Below, one piece after another: positions 39,194 to 40,000 of a stretch of DNA of 40,000 bases. The stretch comes from a cyanobacterium endosymbiont of Rhopalodia gibba (lineage in GTDB: Bacteria > Cyanobacteriota > Cyanobacteriia > Cyanobacteriales > Microcystaceae): positions 582,970 through 622,969 of the forward strand of contig CP067995.1 of the NCBI GenBank assembly GCA_045159875.1, read 5' to 3'. The notes below the pieces were generated by a model, which was not told the DNA's origin, made no database searches, and saw nothing but the letters and a program-made list of their open reading frames with translations. The first letter of the stretch is position 1. Every line of letters starts with the position of its first letter. A program made the position numbers and the translations under genes.

Positions 39194-40000
39194 ATGGTAG
39201 ACATTCCCTTTACATTAGATCAACTCCGCATCCTCAAGGCTATCGCTTCTGAGGGGAGTTTTAAACGGGCGGCAGATACTTTATACGTTTCTCAACCGGC
39301 TGTTAGTCTCCAAGTTCAAAATTTAGAAAAACAACTCAATGTCCCCTTATTTGATCGAGGTGGCCGTAAAGCGCGATTGACAGAAGCTGGACATCTTCTG
39401 CTGTCTTATGGCGAAAAAATCATTACCCTCTGTCAAGAGACCTGTCGAGTGATCGAAGATCTACAAAATCTTCAAGGGGGAACTTTGACTGTAGGGGCAT
39501 CCCAAACTACGGGAACTTACCTTCTTCCTAGAATGATTGGCTTGTTTCACAAAAAATATCCCGATGTTTCGGTGCAACTGCAGGTTCATTCTACCAGACG
39601 GACTTCTTGGGGGGTGGCAAACGGACAGGTAGATTTAGCGATTATTGGAGGAGAAGTTCCGAGTGAACTCCAAGAAATCTTAAAAGTCCGTCCTTATGCT
39701 GAAGATGAATTAACATTGATTTTACCAGTTTCTCATCCTTTAACTAAGGTAGAAACAATTCAAAAAGAGGATTTATACCGCCTTGATTTTATTGTATTAG
39801 ACTCCCAGTCTACCATTCGCAAAGTGATAGATAAGGTGTTAAATCGCTGTGATATCGATACAAAACGTCTTAGAATAGAAATGGAACTTAACTCAATTGA
39901 AGCAATAAAAAACGCGGTTCAAGCAGGATTAGGTGTCGCGTTTGTTTCTATTACAGCTGTTAAGAAAGAATTGGAAATGAAAGAACTTCATGTTGGCCGT
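39194..40000 (+). CDS. rbcR: LysR-family transcriptional regulator, RbcR/Ycf30-like; C-terminus off window
   Basis: Hand translation from ATG 39194 gives [70 protein letters not shown]... The frame is open to the window end (269 codons). It closely matches my memory of cyanobacterial RbcR. Confidence 0.8.
   Translation, partial: MVDIPFTLDQLRILKAIASEGSFKRAADTLYVSQPAVSLQVQNLEKQLNVPLFDRGGRKARLTEAGHLLLSYGEKIITLCQETCRVIEDLQNLQGGTLTVGASQTTGTYLLPRMIGLFHKKYPDVSVQLQVHSTRRTSWGVANGQVDLAIIGGEVPSELQEILKVRPYAEDELTLILPVSHPLTKVETIQKEDLYRLDFIVLDSQSTIRKVIDKVLNRCDIDTKRLRIEMELNSIEAIKNAVQAGLGVAFVSITAVKKELEMKELHVGR

Overview
This 40-kb window from an AT-rich cyanobacterial genome is dominated by a complete Mo-nitrogenase (nif) regulon. 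Its gene order matches what I recall for unicellular diazotrophs of the Cyanothece/Crocosphaera type. On the minus strand (27416 down to 6317) lie nifB, two decayed fdxN-like fragments, nifS, a truncated nifU remnant, nifH, nifD and nifK. These are followed by a decayed small Cys-protein ORF, nifE, nifN, nifX, DUF269, DUF683, nifW, hesA, hesB and fdxH. The strand ends with three uncharacterised small genes, feoB (split into two ORFs), feoA, fused modBC and a nif-type 2[4Fe-4S] ferredoxin, closed by a strong terminator hairpin. Divergently on the plus strand (28450-32721) lie cysE/nifP, two small conserved cyanobacterial proteins, nifV, nifZ and nifT. After these come a thioredoxin-like [2Fe-2S] ferredoxin-domain protein and an ArsC-family nitrogenase-associated protein, again closed by a terminator. 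The left flank holds a partial DUF1830 protein, a radical SAM protein and two small TPR-like proteins. The right flank holds a membrane protein, two GT2 glycosyltransferases, an NnrU-family protein and a partial rbcR-like LysR regulator. I recognised no rRNA, tRNA, CRISPR array, transposase or integrase. The most interesting observation is that the core nitrogenase genes look intact while several Fe-S/metal accessory genes in the same operons (nifU, fdxN, a nifK-nifE small ORF, feoB) are eroded. The cluster is also bracketed by 1-2 kb gene-free, extremely AT-rich stretches, which together suggests reductive evolution or a naturally minimised nif set. The nifB-cysE divergent spacer carries repeated motifs that are candidate activator sites. 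A G-quadruplex-type tract follows nifK, and the nifH leader is an unusually GC-rich, structured spacer. I found no convincing evidence of an entirely new multi-gene system; candidates for novelty are listed with caveats. All homology statements rest on my memory of protein families, not on database searches.
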